A stretch of 26,996 nt of DNA. Origin: Deltaproteobacteria bacterium (GTDB lineage Bacteria; Myxococcota_A; UBA796; SXON01). Below are positions 1-9,136 of the stretch, in pieces. Position numbers and translations under genes: made by a program. Location: contig CANKTH010000066.1 in assembly GCA_947486185.1 (NCBI GenBank), forward strand, positions 1-26,996, written 5' to 3'. Each line of letters opens with the position of its first letter. Within the stretch, counting starts at the first letter, position 1. The notes under the pieces were generated by a model, which was not told the DNA's origin, did not search any database, and saw only the letters and a list, made by a program, of their open reading frames with translations.

Positions 1-1006
1 CGTCGCCGCCGAGGTGATCATCCGCAGCCTCGACGACCGCGGCTGGCTGACCGTCGGCCTTGACGAGCTGATCACCGAGTACCAGATGGATCGTGAAGAG
101 GCCGAGGGTGCGCTGCTCATCGTCCAGCAGTTCGACCCCCTTGGCTGCGGCGCGCGGGACCTCGTGGAGTGCCTGGACATCCAGATCAAGACCCTGTTCC
201 CGGAGGACCCGCACTTCCCGCTGCTCGTCCGGAGCCACCTTGACGACATCCAGAAGCGGAACTACCCCGCGATCGCCCGGGCGATGGGCCTGGACCTCGA
301 GGACGTCATCGAGTATCACCGGATGCTCCGCCAGCTCGAGCCCTGGCCCGGCCGGCGTTTTTCCTCCGAAGATCCTCAGTATATTTCGCCCGATGTCTAC
401 GTGGTACGGGTGGGGGACGAGTGGCAGGTGCGCCAGAATGAAGACGGCTTGCCGAAGCTGCGCATCTCCAACTACTACAAGAACGTGCTCACCGGCAAAG
501 ACTCCACCCGGGAAGAGCGGAATTACATCAAGGAGCGCCTCGCCAGCGCCGACTTCCTCATCCGGTCGATCTACAAGCGGCAGGACACGATCGGCAAGGT
601 GGTCCGCTGCATCCTCCGTCGCCAGGCTGACTTTTTTGAACGAGGCCCCGACCACCTGCGCCCGATGGTGCTGAGAGATGTCGCGGACGAGGTCGGGCTC
701 CACGAGTCGACCGTCTCCCGGGTGACCTCCAACAAGTACCTGCAGTGTCCCCACGGTTTGTTTGAGCTCAAGTATTTCTTCAACAACGGCCTGAACGCCG
801 TGCACGGAGAACAGGTCGCCGCGGAGGCGGTCAAACGCCGGATCAAGCGCCTCATCGCGAGTGAGCCGACCGACAAGCCCCTGTCGGACGACGCTATCGT
901 ACAGGTCCTCCAGAAAGAGAACGTCGAGATCGCGCGACGTACGGTCGCGAAGTACCGAGAGGCCATGGGCATCCTGCCCTCATCAAAACGGCGGAACCCT
1001 TCCTGA
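1..1006 (+). CDS. rpoN: RNA polymerase sigma-54 factor, C-terminal portion (5' end outside window)
   Basis: Frame open from the window start. Translation contains the RpoN-box ARRTVAKYRE and the sigma-54 DNA-binding/core-binding regions (LRQLEPWPGRRF, HTH region VSRVTSNKYL). Stop at 1004-1006. Confidence 0.9.
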   Translation, partial: VAAEVIIRSLDDRGWLTVGLDELITEYQMDREEAEGALLIVQQFDPLGCGARDLVECLDIQIKTLFPEDPHFPLLVRSHLDDIQKRNYPAIARAMGLDLEDVIEYHRMLRQLEPWPGRRFSSEDPQYISPDVYVVRVGDEWQVRQNEDGLPKLRISNYYKNVLTGKDSTREERNYIKERLASADFLIRSIYKRQDTIGKVVRCILRRQADFFERGPDHLRPMVLRDVADEVGLHESTVSRVTSNKYLQCPHGLFELKYFFNNGLNAVHGEQVAAEAVKRRIKRLIASEPTDKPLSDDAIVQVLQKENVEIARRTVAKYREAMGILPSSKRRNPS

Positions 1007-1031
1007 GTCCGCCACTTCAAGGAGAAGACAG

Positions 1032-1385
1032 ATGGAGCTGGGCTTTACTTTCCGAAACATCGAGTCCACCGAAGCCATCAAACAATGGGCCCAAAAGCGG
1101 TTCCAGAAGGTGCTCAAACACCTCAAGGAGCCAAACACAGCCCACCTCACCTTGACCGTCGACAAACACCGCCACCGCGCCGAGCTCTCCGTCCACCAGC
1201 AGGGCGACGTACTCATGGCGCGGGAGGAGACCGACGACATGTACGCCAGCCTGGACGGAGTGATGTCGAAGCTGGAGCACGTGGCCCGGCGCCAGAAGGA
1301 GCGGGAGCTCGCCCGCCGCCAGTCGGAGCGTGATGCGGCGCGGCGCCCGAAGGATCGGGACCGCCGCACCGGCACCGAGTTCTGA
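1032..1385 (+). CDS. hpf: ribosome hibernation promoting factor / sigma-54 modulation protein (short HPF with basic C-terminal tail)
   Basis: MELGFTFRNIESTEAIKQWAQKRFQKVLKH... is a typical RaiA/HPF N-terminus. GGAGAAG RBS lies 4 nt upstream of the ATG at 1032. Conserved rpoN-hpf synteny. The ORF track's 861 start is an upstream in-frame extension. Confidence 0.85.
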   Translation: MELGFTFRNIESTEAIKQWAQKRFQKVLKHLKEPNTAHLTLTVDKHRHRAELSVHQQGDVLMAREETDDMYASLDGVMSKLEHVARRQKERELARRQSERDAARRPKDRDRRTGTEF

Positions 1386-1437
1386 CAACGCCTCCGCCCG
1401 GGGCCGCCGGTCACGATATGCGGCCCTTGGAGCGGCG

Positions 1438-2343
1438 ATGGCCTTTACGATGAACAGCATCCCCCCGTGCGACGGCAAGACCTTCCTCGTCACCGGGGCC
1501 AACAGCGGGCTCGGGTACGAGACCTGTCTGGCCCTGGCGCGCCGCGGGGCGAACGTCAAGATGGCGTGCCGCAGCCCCGAACGCGCGGCGGCCGCCGTAG
1601 AGCGGATCCGCGAGGCGGTACCGGACGCAAAGATTGAGGTACTAAGCCTGGACCTTGGCGATCTCGCGAGCGTCGCTCGCTGCGCGGAGCAGGTGGCCGG
1701 CACCGGTGGACTCGACGTGCTGATCAACAACGCCGGGATCATGGCGGTTCCGCCGGGCCGCACCGTCGACGGCTTTGAGCTTCAGTTCGGCACCAACCAC
1801 CTCGGGCATTTTGCGCTGACCTTGCGGCTCTTGCCCACGCTCCGCGACCGGGTGGTCACGGTCACCAGCACAGTCGCCCGTATCGGCAGCATGCCCTTCG
1901 ACAACCTCCACGGCGAGAAGAGCTACAATCGATGGGCCGCATATGCAAGGTCAAAACTTGCGAACCAGCTGTTCACCCTGGAACTCGCGCGGCGGCTCGA
2001 GGCGGCGGGCGATCCGCGTCGGGCGCTCTCAGCCCACCCAGGCTACGCGGCGACTGAGCTTCAAAAAAGCAGCGCCGATCAATCGGGATCGTGGTTCGAA
2101 GGCGCGATCATGGCCCTCGGCAACTTCTCCATCGCGATGAGCGCGGCGAACGGCGCCTTACCGCAGCTCCTCGCGGCTACGATGCCGGACGCGCCAAATG
2201 GCGCCTTGTACGGCCCGTGGATCTTCGGCTCCTGGGGCGCCCCGGCGCTCGAGACCCCGCCGCCCCAAGCGCGCGACGCCGAGGTGGCCGCCCGTCTGTG
2301 GGAGCTGTCCGAGACCGCTACTGGCGTGCGTTTCGTGCGCTGA
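1438..2343 (+). CDS. classical short-chain dehydrogenase/reductase (SDR) family oxidoreductase
   Basis: TGANSGLGYET Rossmann NAD(P)-binding motif, NNAG motif, and catalytic YxxxK in YARSK. Start chosen at the ATG at 1438, preceded by GGAG; the ORF track's 1330 start is an upstream extension. Confidence 0.8.
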   Translation: MAFTMNSIPPCDGKTFLVTGANSGLGYETCLALARRGANVKMACRSPERAAAAVERIREAVPDAKIEVLSLDLGDLASVARCAEQVAGTGGLDVLINNAGIMAVPPGRTVDGFELQFGTNHLGHFALTLRLLPTLRDRVVTVTSTVARIGSMPFDNLHGEKSYNRWAAYARSKLANQLFTLELARRLEAAGDPRRALSAHPGYAATELQKSSADQSGSWFEGAIMALGNFSIAMSAANGALPQLLAATMPDAPNGALYGPWIFGSWGAPALETPPPQARDAEVAARLWELSETATGVRFVR

Positions 2344-3178
2344 ACGCACGCTGTTCGACCAACCAGCGCCGCAACACCCGCTGCGCCACCTGCCGCCGCC
2401 AGACCGCGGTACTACGCACATCGTCGATCGGGGCGATGTCGTCGACCACCGCGTCCGCGGCGTCGGGATCGAGGCCGCGCTCAACCAGGAGCGCCTCCAC
2501 CCGACGGGCCCGTAGAGGGACGGGCCCCACCGAGCCAAGCGCGATACGAGCCTCAGTGACCGTACCTTCTACCTGACGAATACGCGCGCCCACCACGACC
2601 TTCGAGATCGCCTGGGCGAGCCGGGTGCCCACCTTCCGGTAGAGCACCGCGTCCGCGCCTGCCGGCGCGACCGTGACCCCCGTCAGGAGCTCGTCGGGCG
2701 CCAGCGCGGTCCGCCGATAGCCCACCCAGAAATCTGCGGCGGCTATCCGCCGGGCGCCGCGTAGGCTCGCCACCTCAAACACAGCGTCCAACGCCAGCCA
2801 GAGCGGCAGCGAGTCCCCAGCCGGCGACGCATTGACGATGTTGCCGCCTACCGTGCCACGGTTCTGGATCTGGAGCGCGCCCACCGTCCGGGCGCACTCG
2901 CGGAGCGCGGGATGGACCGCCGGGTGGCGGGCGACGTCGGTCCAGGTAGCCAGGGCGCCAAAATGGCCTCCATCTTCGGAGATCGTACGAAGCCCGGCGC
3001 AGCCCCACAGGTTGAGCACGCGCCCAGGCCGGAGCTGGCCCGCCTCCATCATCACCATGAGATCCGTGCCACCGGCCAGGACCACCGCCTCGGGGAATTG
3101 TGCACGAAGGGCAAGCGCTTCGGGCAGGTCACGGGCGGTGACAACCGCGCCGCCGTAGGTAGGCGCCGGCCCGCTCAT
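2318..3178 (-). CDS. xanthine dehydrogenase/CO dehydrogenase family, FAD-binding (medium) subunit
   Basis: AVVLAGGTDLMVMM and GTVGGNIVNASPAGD FAD-binding motifs (CoxM/XdhB-like). The ATG at 3176-3178 overlaps the stop of the upstream 2Fe-2S gene (ATGA). The long N-terminal extension in the ORF track is not used. Confidence 0.8.
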   Translation of the reverse strand: MSGPAPTYGGAVVTARDLPEALALRAQFPEAVVLAGGTDLMVMMEAGQLRPGRVLNLWGCAGLRTISEDGGHFGALATWTDVARHPAVHPALRECARTVGALQIQNRGTVGGNIVNASPAGDSLPLWLALDAVFEVASLRGARRIAAADFWVGYRRTALAPDELLTGVTVAPAGADAVLYRKVGTRLAQAISKVVVGARIRQVEGTVTEARIALGSVGPVPLRARRVEALLVERGLDPDAADAVVDDIAPIDDVRSTAVWRRQVAQRVLRRWLVEQRAFSARNARQ

Positions 3179-3639
3179 TCGCGCACCGCTTCGGCGTGCA
3201 CCACGGCATCGACGATCGCCTGGTAGCCCGTGCAACGGCAGAGGTTGCCCGCCAGGGCGTCCCGCGCCTGATCCGGCGTCGGATGAGGATTTCTGTCGAG
3301 CAGGTCCCGCGCGGCGACGAGGAAACCCGGCGTGCAGATCCCGCACTGGGCCGCCCCGTGTTTGAGAAAACTCGCCTGAATACTATCGAGCTCGCCGGCC
3401 CGCGCCAGCCCCTCCACCGTTCGTACCGACGCGCCCGCGACCTGCACTACGGGCACGAGGCAGGAGCACACCACCTCCCCGTCCAGGATCACGCTACACG
3501 CGCCACACTCGCCCTCCCCGCAGCCCTCCTTGGCGCCGGTGAGATCGAGGTGCTCGCGGAGTGCGTCGAGCAGGCGGGTCATCGGCGGCAAGTCCACCTC
3601 ACGGCGCTCGCCGTTGACCGAAAATTCGATATGCATCAA
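3175..3639 (-). CDS. xanthine dehydrogenase/CO dehydrogenase family, [2Fe-2S] (small) subunit
   Basis: Plant-type ferredoxin cysteines CGEGECGAC and a second cluster motif CGICTPGF...CRCTGY. 154 aa. Start ATG overlaps the large-subunit stop (ATGA). Confidence 0.85.
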   Translation of the reverse strand: MMHIEFSVNGERREVDLPPMTRLLDALREHLDLTGAKEGCGEGECGACSVILDGEVVCSCLVPVVQVAGASVRTVEGLARAGELDSIQASFLKHGAAQCGICTPGFLVAARDLLDRNPHPTPDQARDALAGNLCRCTGYQAIVDAVVHAEAVRE

Positions 3640-5840
3640 AAACTCCGCTCTGAAAGAGCCACATTCATCTCAGCCACCACCCGTTCGGGCGTCATGGGCA
3701 ACCGGTCCAGCACCACCCCCAGCGCCTCCTCGATCGCCGCGGCCACCGCCGCCGCCGGGCCATCCATGGGGATCTCGCCGATGCCCTTCGCGCCAAAAGG
3801 GCCGCCTGCGTAAGGGATTTCGACGAGTCGGGTCACCATCTGCGGCGAATCGACCGAGGTCGGGATGATGTAGGTGGTGACACGATCACTCCGCACCCTG
3901 CCAACGTCATCCCGCACCACCTCCTCCAGGGTCGCCCAACCCAGGGCCTGGAGCGCGCCGCCTTCAAGCTGCCCGATCGCCAAAACCGGGTTGATCGCCC
4001 GCCCGACGTCGGTGGCCGAGACAAAGCGCCGGTAACGCACCACACCGGTGTCCTCGTCTACGTCGAGGTCGACGATGCCGCAGCTCCACCCGAAGGTGGG
4101 GTAGGCATCCCCCGAATAGCGATGTTCATCCCACACAAGGTTGGGATCCGGCTCATAGGTGTGGTCGGTGCGCAGGGGAGAGTCCACCGTGCGCGCGGCG
4201 AGCAGGGTATCGAAATCGCGGCTCGTGCTGCCTGTCTCCGCCTGAAGTGCCGCGCGCATCCGCCGCGCCGTCTCCTGGACCACCGCTCCGACCACCATGG
4301 TCGTGCGGGACGCCACCGTCGGACCCGAGTCGGGCACCTCGGCGGTATCGTGGCGCGCCACCTCAACTCGATCCAGCGAGATACCCAGCTCCTCCGCCAC
4401 GATCTGCGTGAATATCGTCTCCGCGCCCTGACCGATCTCGGTCGCGCCCGTCAGGATGTGGAGCTTAGAATCACGGAGCTCTAACGCTGCTTTTCCTTTG
4501 AGCCAAGCCTCGCCGTTGCCCGTGAAGCCACACCCGTGGAAGGCCAGGGCCAGGCCCCGTCCCGAGCGCCACGAGGCTCCGCCTTCTCCCGGCTGGGCGG
4601 CTACCGCCGGGAGCGGAGCCTCGGCCGCCGCGAGCGCCTCCTCCAGCACCGCAGCACCGCCGACGTCGTACAGCGTCTGGCCCGTGACGGTGACGTCCCC
4701 GTCACGATATAGGTTCAACCTCCTGATTTCAAGCGGACTGCGCCCGAGCTCTCGCGCGATCCGGTCCATGTGGCGCTCGGCGGCGAACAGGGTCTGCGGG
4801 GCCCCAAACCCGCGGAAGGCGCCGTTAGGCGGCGAATGGGTAGCCACCACCGCGCCTGACAGCTCCACGTGCGGGCAGGCATAGGGACCGGTCGCGTGGA
4901 GCAGGCCGCGAGAGATCACCACCGGCGAGAGCGTGTTGTACGCGCCGCCATCCATCAGGATATCCGCCTTCCAAGACAATAAACGCCCGTCTGGCGCGAC
5001 CAGGCTCTCGATGCTGACCCGCGCCGGATGGCGCTTGGTGGTAGCGCGGATGTCTTCGTCTCGCCGATAGATCATCTTCACCGGCCGGCCCGCCTTGAGG
5101 CATAAAAGAGCCGCATGCGCCGCGATCATCGAGGGATAATCTTCTTTGCCCCCGAAGCCGCCACCGGTGGTGGCCTGAACGACGTTCACCCGGTCGTGAC
5201 CGAGGAGCCGCTTGAGCGCCTTGAGCACGTAGTAAGGGCACTGCAGGGAGCCAATCAGCGTGAGGCCGGCGTCGGTCCGCGCCGACGCGATCATGCCCTG
5301 TGGCTCCAGGTAGAGCTGCTCCTGGTGGCCCACGTGGTAGACGCCGCGCACGACCCTGCCCACGGTCGGCGGATCGCCGCGACGGATGGTGATCTGCTTG
5401 AAAACGTTGTTTTCGCCATAAATTCGGATCGGGCTCCCGATGGACTGCTCGGGGTCGATCAGCACGGGGAGCGGCTCGTAGGTGATCCGAACGTGGCGCG
5501 CGGCGTCCAGAGCGCGCTCCCGCTCCGGAGCCGCAACGAGCGCAACCGCCTCCTCGACGTGGCGAACCACCCCGTCCGCGAGGCATGGTTGATCGTCGGT
5601 AATGAGCGCGATGACGTTCTCGCCAGGGATGTCCCGCGCCGTGACGATGACGACGTCCGTCCAGTCAAAGGCAGGATCCCGCTCGATCTTGACGATCCGG
5701 GCGTGGGCACAGGAGGCGCGAACGGTCGCTCCGTGCCAGCATCCGTCCGGGTGCAGGTCATCTACGTAGATCGCCTTGCCGGTGACCTTGGCCACGCCGT
5801 CCCCACGCGGAACCCCGATGCCGATATTCTTCAAAAGCAA
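3636..5840 (-). CDS. xanthine dehydrogenase/CO dehydrogenase family, molybdopterin-binding (large) subunit
   Basis: 734 aa. N-terminus IGIGVPRGDGVAKVTGKAIYVDD is typical of aldehyde oxidase/xanthine dehydrogenase a/b hammerhead and MoCo-binding domains. Non-ATG start: TTG at 5840 or TTG at 5834, the latter with a GGAG at better spacing. Confidence 0.85.
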   Translation of the reverse strand: MLLKNIGIGVPRGDGVAKVTGKAIYVDDLHPDGCWHGATVRASCAHARIVKIERDPAFDWTDVVIVTARDIPGENVIALITDDQPCLADGVVRHVEEAVALVAAPERERALDAARHVRITYEPLPVLIDPEQSIGSPIRIYGENNVFKQITIRRGDPPTVGRVVRGVYHVGHQEQLYLEPQGMIASARTDAGLTLIGSLQCPYYVLKALKRLLGHDRVNVVQATTGGGFGGKEDYPSMIAAHAALLCLKAGRPVKMIYRRDEDIRATTKRHPARVSIESLVAPDGRLLSWKADILMDGGAYNTLSPVVISRGLLHATGPYACPHVELSGAVVATHSPPNGAFRGFGAPQTLFAAERHMDRIARELGRSPLEIRRLNLYRDGDVTVTGQTLYDVGGAAVLEEALAAAEAPLPAVAAQPGEGGASWRSGRGLALAFHGCGFTGNGEAWLKGKAALELRDSKLHILTGATEIGQGAETIFTQIVAEELGISLDRVEVARHDTAEVPDSGPTVASRTTMVVGAVVQETARRMRAALQAETGSTSRDFDTLLAARTVDSPLRTDHTYEPDPNLVWDEHRYSGDAYPTFGWSCGIVDLDVDEDTGVVRYRRFVSATDVGRAINPVLAIGQLEGGALQALGWATLEEVVRDDVGRVRSDRVTTYIIPTSVDSPQMVTRLVEIPYAGGPFGAKGIGEIPMDGPAAAVAAAIEEALGVVLDRLPMTPERVVAEMNVALSERSF

Positions 5841-5867
5841 CTCCAGAAACGACGGTTTATCAACAAC

Positions 5868-6818
5868 CTACACCGACTCCACCGCGGAACGGAAGGCCGC
5901 CGCGTCAAGCCGTCCCGCCTCGAACGCTGCGCTAAGTGCGGCGATCCTCTCGCGCCGCTCGCGTGCCGATGCAGCGTGCTCCTCTCCCCGCTCCTGGTAG
6001 AGCCGCTCTCCCTCAGCCCGCGCTGCCAGAAAGCGCCCCCTCAAGGCAGAAGGGTCGCTCTGCGCACCCTCAGCGAAGTACCTTTCCGCCACGCGCCCCA
6101 CCGCCCAGGTGCTGCCAAAGGCTGCCGCGGCGCCGTATACCGAGCCAAACCCTGGAATCAACCTTGCGAGTTGGCCAATCGCGAGGCGCAGACCCACGCT
6201 TCCGAGCATCGCCGCCAAGAGCGAACGCCCGGCTGCCTGGTCTAGCTGATGCCCATGATAAAGCCCGATGTCCCTCACCATTTTCACCTGCGCCGCCACC
6301 ACCACCAGGTCCGTCACCACCGCCGCGCCGGCGAGCGGGTTGGCGCCCAGGATCGCGGAGAGCAGAGCATATTTCAGCAGATCTTCGCGGACCTGCGTCG
6401 CGCGCAGCTCGGGGTCGGCTTCCGCCTGGACCGCGCTCGGGAGCAGCGTGTCCCGGGTCTCAGCCACCACCTGCCGAAGGAGGCCCACCTCTTCTGCCTC
6501 CCCCCGTACCAGCTCCAACAGCACCAGCTCATCCGGCGTCGCCTCGCCATCCGCCGTCGCGAGCACAAAGGCTGCCTGATAGATCGACCGACGGGCGTCC
6601 GGGGCGAGTGGCGCCACCAGCGCGGCGAGGTCCAGGTCGGCCTCCGTGAGCGTCTGGATCAGGGCGTCCGTCGCCTCGCTCTGGCCCCCCAGCGCCTCCT
6701 CGAGACAGGCGCGTTCCCCCGGTGTGAGTCGGCCATCCGCCCGAGCGACCGCCACAAGCACACGGATGCCGATAGAGGCTACGGCCTCGTCCTCGAACCT
6801 GGCTTGCACCTCACGCAT
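5868..6818 (-). CDS. hypothetical protein: N-terminal TerB-like domain fused to C-terminal DUF697-like domain
   Basis: N-terminal half has two ADG-x-x-x-x-E repeats (ARADGRLTPGE, ATADGEATPDE) characteristic of TerB-like domains. C-terminal half (NPLAGAAVVTDLVVVAAQVKMVRDIGLYHGH...LIPGFGSVYGAAAAFGSTWAVG) matches the DUF697/YcjF-type pattern as I recall it. GGAGGG RBS precedes the ATG at 6816-6818. Confidence 0.6.
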   Translation of the reverse strand: MREVQARFEDEAVASIGIRVLVAVARADGRLTPGERACLEEALGGQSEATDALIQTLTEADLDLAALVAPLAPDARRSIYQAAFVLATADGEATPDELVLLELVRGEAEEVGLLRQVVAETRDTLLPSAVQAEADPELRATQVREDLLKYALLSAILGANPLAGAAVVTDLVVVAAQVKMVRDIGLYHGHQLDQAAGRSLLAAMLGSVGLRLAIGQLARLIPGFGSVYGAAAAFGSTWAVGRVAERYFAEGAQSDPSALRGRFLAARAEGERLYQERGEEHAASARERRERIAALSAAFEAGRLDAAAFRSAVESV

Positions 6819-6842
6819 ACGTGTCCCTCCGCCCCCTTTGTC

Positions 6843-7622
6843 TCACGACGCCTCGAGCTGTAACTGCGAGAAGCCGAAGCGGACTTTCAGCGTGAGCTCG
6901 TCCTCGTCGATGTCGAGTCCTACGTCCTCAACCACAAACTTGAGCTTCAACGGCCCGCCGGCGGGACCGATCATCTCTTCGAGCTGGTCCTTCTTGAGGA
7001 TGGGGACCGGGTTGACCTTGGGCACCTGCTGACTCAGGAGGTACTCCGCCGCCCGACTCAGGAGCTGCAGCACGAAGTTCTCTCCGAGATCGACGGTGAC
7101 GCCGCCGAGCTCGCCCACCAGGGCGCGCTTCTCGTTGTCGTAGTGGATGTCGCCGAGCGAGGCCTGCGCACCGATACGCTTCTCGATCACGAAGGGGAAC
7201 TCTACGTTTTGTCGGAGGAGGAGCACCTTGCCCGAGGCGACCGCTTTGACGTGCGCCTCAACCCCGAAACGTTGGCGGGAATAGTGGAAATTGGAGCCCT
7301 CACGGTCCACATCGAGCCGCCAGTCCCCCTGAACGGCCACCAGGTCGTTGACCACGCGGTAGACCTGCTCGCGCCGGGCCACCCAGACCCCGCGGGCGAC
7401 CTCCTTCCCACGCACGAGCACTCGCGGAACCTCCCGATCCTCCAGGAGTCCTCGCACCTTTTCACGCACACCGAGCTGTTTGACCCCCGCACGCACGTTC
7501 TGGACGAGGTCAAACTGCCCATCCTGGATACGGAAGGGCAGACCAACCGAAAAGAGCTCGTTCCAAAGCGCCTTTCCGATCGTGAACTTGAGGTGGTACC
7601 CATCCGATTGCCGCGCCGCCAT
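6843..7622 (-). CDS. hypothetical protein (no recognisable domain)
   Basis: High GC3 coding frame. Start chosen at the ATG at 7620-7622 (MAARQSDGYHLKF), preceded by GAGAGG; the ORF track's 7676 start is an upstream extension. 24 bp upstream of, and co-oriented with, the TerB/DUF697 gene. Confidence 0.55.
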   Translation of the reverse strand: MAARQSDGYHLKFTIGKALWNELFSVGLPFRIQDGQFDLVQNVRAGVKQLGVREKVRGLLEDREVPRVLVRGKEVARGVWVARREQVYRVVNDLVAVQGDWRLDVDREGSNFHYSRQRFGVEAHVKAVASGKVLLLRQNVEFPFVIEKRIGAQASLGDIHYDNEKRALVGELGGVTVDLGENFVLQLLSRAAEYLLSQQVPKVNPVPILKKDQLEEMIGPAGGPLKLKFVVEDVGLDIDEDELTLKVRFGFSQLQLEAS

Positions 7623-7728
7623 GCCGCCTCTCGTGAGCCGGCAGTATAACGGCACGTCTACGACCGGACCCGGCACCCCCGAGGTCGCGCCCGAAATACC
7701 AGCCTTTCAGGTGCAGAGCGCCTAGCGC

Positions 7729-8142
7729 TCAGTGCAGCTCGAGCGTCGAGAAGAAGTACGTGATCTCGCGCGCGGCGGAGGCAGCGGAATCGGAGCCGTG
7801 AACCGCATTCTCGCCTTTGGAGGCGGCATAGAGCTTACGCAAAGTGTTGGGAGCCGCGTCCGCCGGATCGGTAGCGCCCATGATCTCGCGGTTACGGGCG
7901 ATCGCGCCCTCGCCTTCGAGCACCATCACGACGACCGGGCCCGAGGTCATAAAGGTGACCAGCTCACGAAAGAACTTGCGCTCGCGGTGCTCCGCGTAGA
8001 ACCCTTCGGCCTCGGCGGTGGACAAGTGCCGCTTACGAGCCGCGACGATGCGCAGACCCTCCTGCTCAAATCGGCCGATGATGGCGCCGATACGGTTGGC
8101 CTTGACGGCGTCGGGCTTGATGATCGAGAGAGTGCGCTCCAT
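7729..8142 (-). CDS. ndk: nucleoside diphosphate kinase
   Basis: [13 protein letters not shown]..., the active-site His region NAVHGSD, and overall NDK length (137 aa). Start at the second Met of the ORF. Confidence 0.9.
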   Translation of the reverse strand: MERTLSIIKPDAVKANRIGAIIGRFEQEGLRIVAARKRHLSTAEAEGFYAEHRERKFFRELVTFMTSGPVVVMVLEGEGAIARNREIMGATDPADAAPNTLRKLYAASKGENAVHGSDSAASAAREITYFFSTLELH

Positions 8143-8236
8143 ACCTGTCTCCAAGGAAGGGTGCGCGGCTAACGCGATCTGCCCGGCGCGGCCAGCGATC
8201 TCGTGGCCGTCGGCTCAAACTCGTGACCCACCCGGC

Positions 8237-9133
8237 TCAGGCGCCGAGGTGCTCGATCTGGTGCCCGAGGATCTCTGCGATCTTCTTGCCCATCTCGGCG
8301 GGGCTACGGACGATGTTGATGCCCGCAGCGGCCATCGCCTTGTACTTCTCCTCGGAGGTGCCTTTTCCGCCCGAGATGATGGCGCCGGCGTGGCCCATAC
8401 GCCGTCCGGGGGGCGCGGTCGCACCGGCGATGAAACCGACCACCGGCTTACGCATGTGCGCGCCCACCCAGGCCGAAGCCTCTTCTTCCGCCGAACCGCC
8501 GATCTCGCCGATCATGATCACCGCGTCGGTGTCCGGATCTTCGTTGAACAGGCGCATCACGTCTTTGTGCCGCAGACCGATGATCGGGTCACCGCCGATG
8601 CCGATCGCGGTGCTCTGGCCGAGGCCGAGCACCGAGAGCTGGTGCACCGCTTCGTAGGTGAGCGTGCCCGAACGTGAGAGGATGCCGATGCGGCCAGGGC
8701 GATGGATATGCCCAGGCATGATGCCGATCTTGCACTGGCCGGGGGTAATGACGCCAGGGCAGTTGGGGCCCAGCAGGAGCGAGCCGCGGCGCTGCACCAG
8801 ATCCCACGCGGGGATCATGTCGCGCACCGGAATGCCTTCGGTGATCGCCACGATCAGGCGGATCCCAGCGTCGGCGGCCTCCATGATCGCGTCGGCGGCG
8901 AAGGCCGGCGGCACGAAGATGACGGTCGCGTTGGCGCCGGTCTTGGCCACCGCTTCGGTGACCGTGTTGAAGATCGGCACGGTGCCGTCGAACTGGGTGC
9001 CACCTTTCCCCGGCGTCACGCCGCCGACGAGGCGGGTGCCGTAGGCAATCATCTGCCGGCAATGAAATCCGCCGGCGGAGCCCGTGATGCCCTGGCAGAT
9101 GAGGCGGGTGTCAGAATCAACAAGGATGGCCAT
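8237..9133 (-). CDS. sucD: succinyl-CoA synthetase alpha subunit
   Basis: [24 protein letters not shown] CoA-binding N-terminus. Phosphohistidine loop SRSGTLTYE and [10 protein letters not shown] motif. Confidence 0.93.
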   Translation of the reverse strand: MAILVDSDTRLICQGITGSAGGFHCRQMIAYGTRLVGGVTPGKGGTQFDGTVPIFNTVTEAVAKTGANATVIFVPPAFAADAIMEAADAGIRLIVAITEGIPVRDMIPAWDLVQRRGSLLLGPNCPGVITPGQCKIGIMPGHIHRPGRIGILSRSGTLTYEAVHQLSVLGLGQSTAIGIGGDPIIGLRHKDVMRLFNEDPDTDAVIMIGEIGGSAEEEASAWVGAHMRKPVVGFIAGATAPPGRRMGHAGAIISGGKGTSEEKYKAMAAAGINIVRSPAEMGKKIAEILGHQIEHLGA

Positions 9134-9136
9134 GGT

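Noticed and set aside
861-1385. Upstream-extended hpf ORF (174 aa) and extended SDR ORF starting at 1330
   Set aside because: The extensions are Arg/Ser-rich and overlap the upstream genes. Internal ATGs with RBS at 1032 and 1438 give the canonical protein N-termini.
2090-2105. tRNA T-loop-like GGTTCGAAGG
   Set aside because: Not followed by a CC/acceptor-stem context and no cloverleaf is possible; it lies inside the SDR coding frame.
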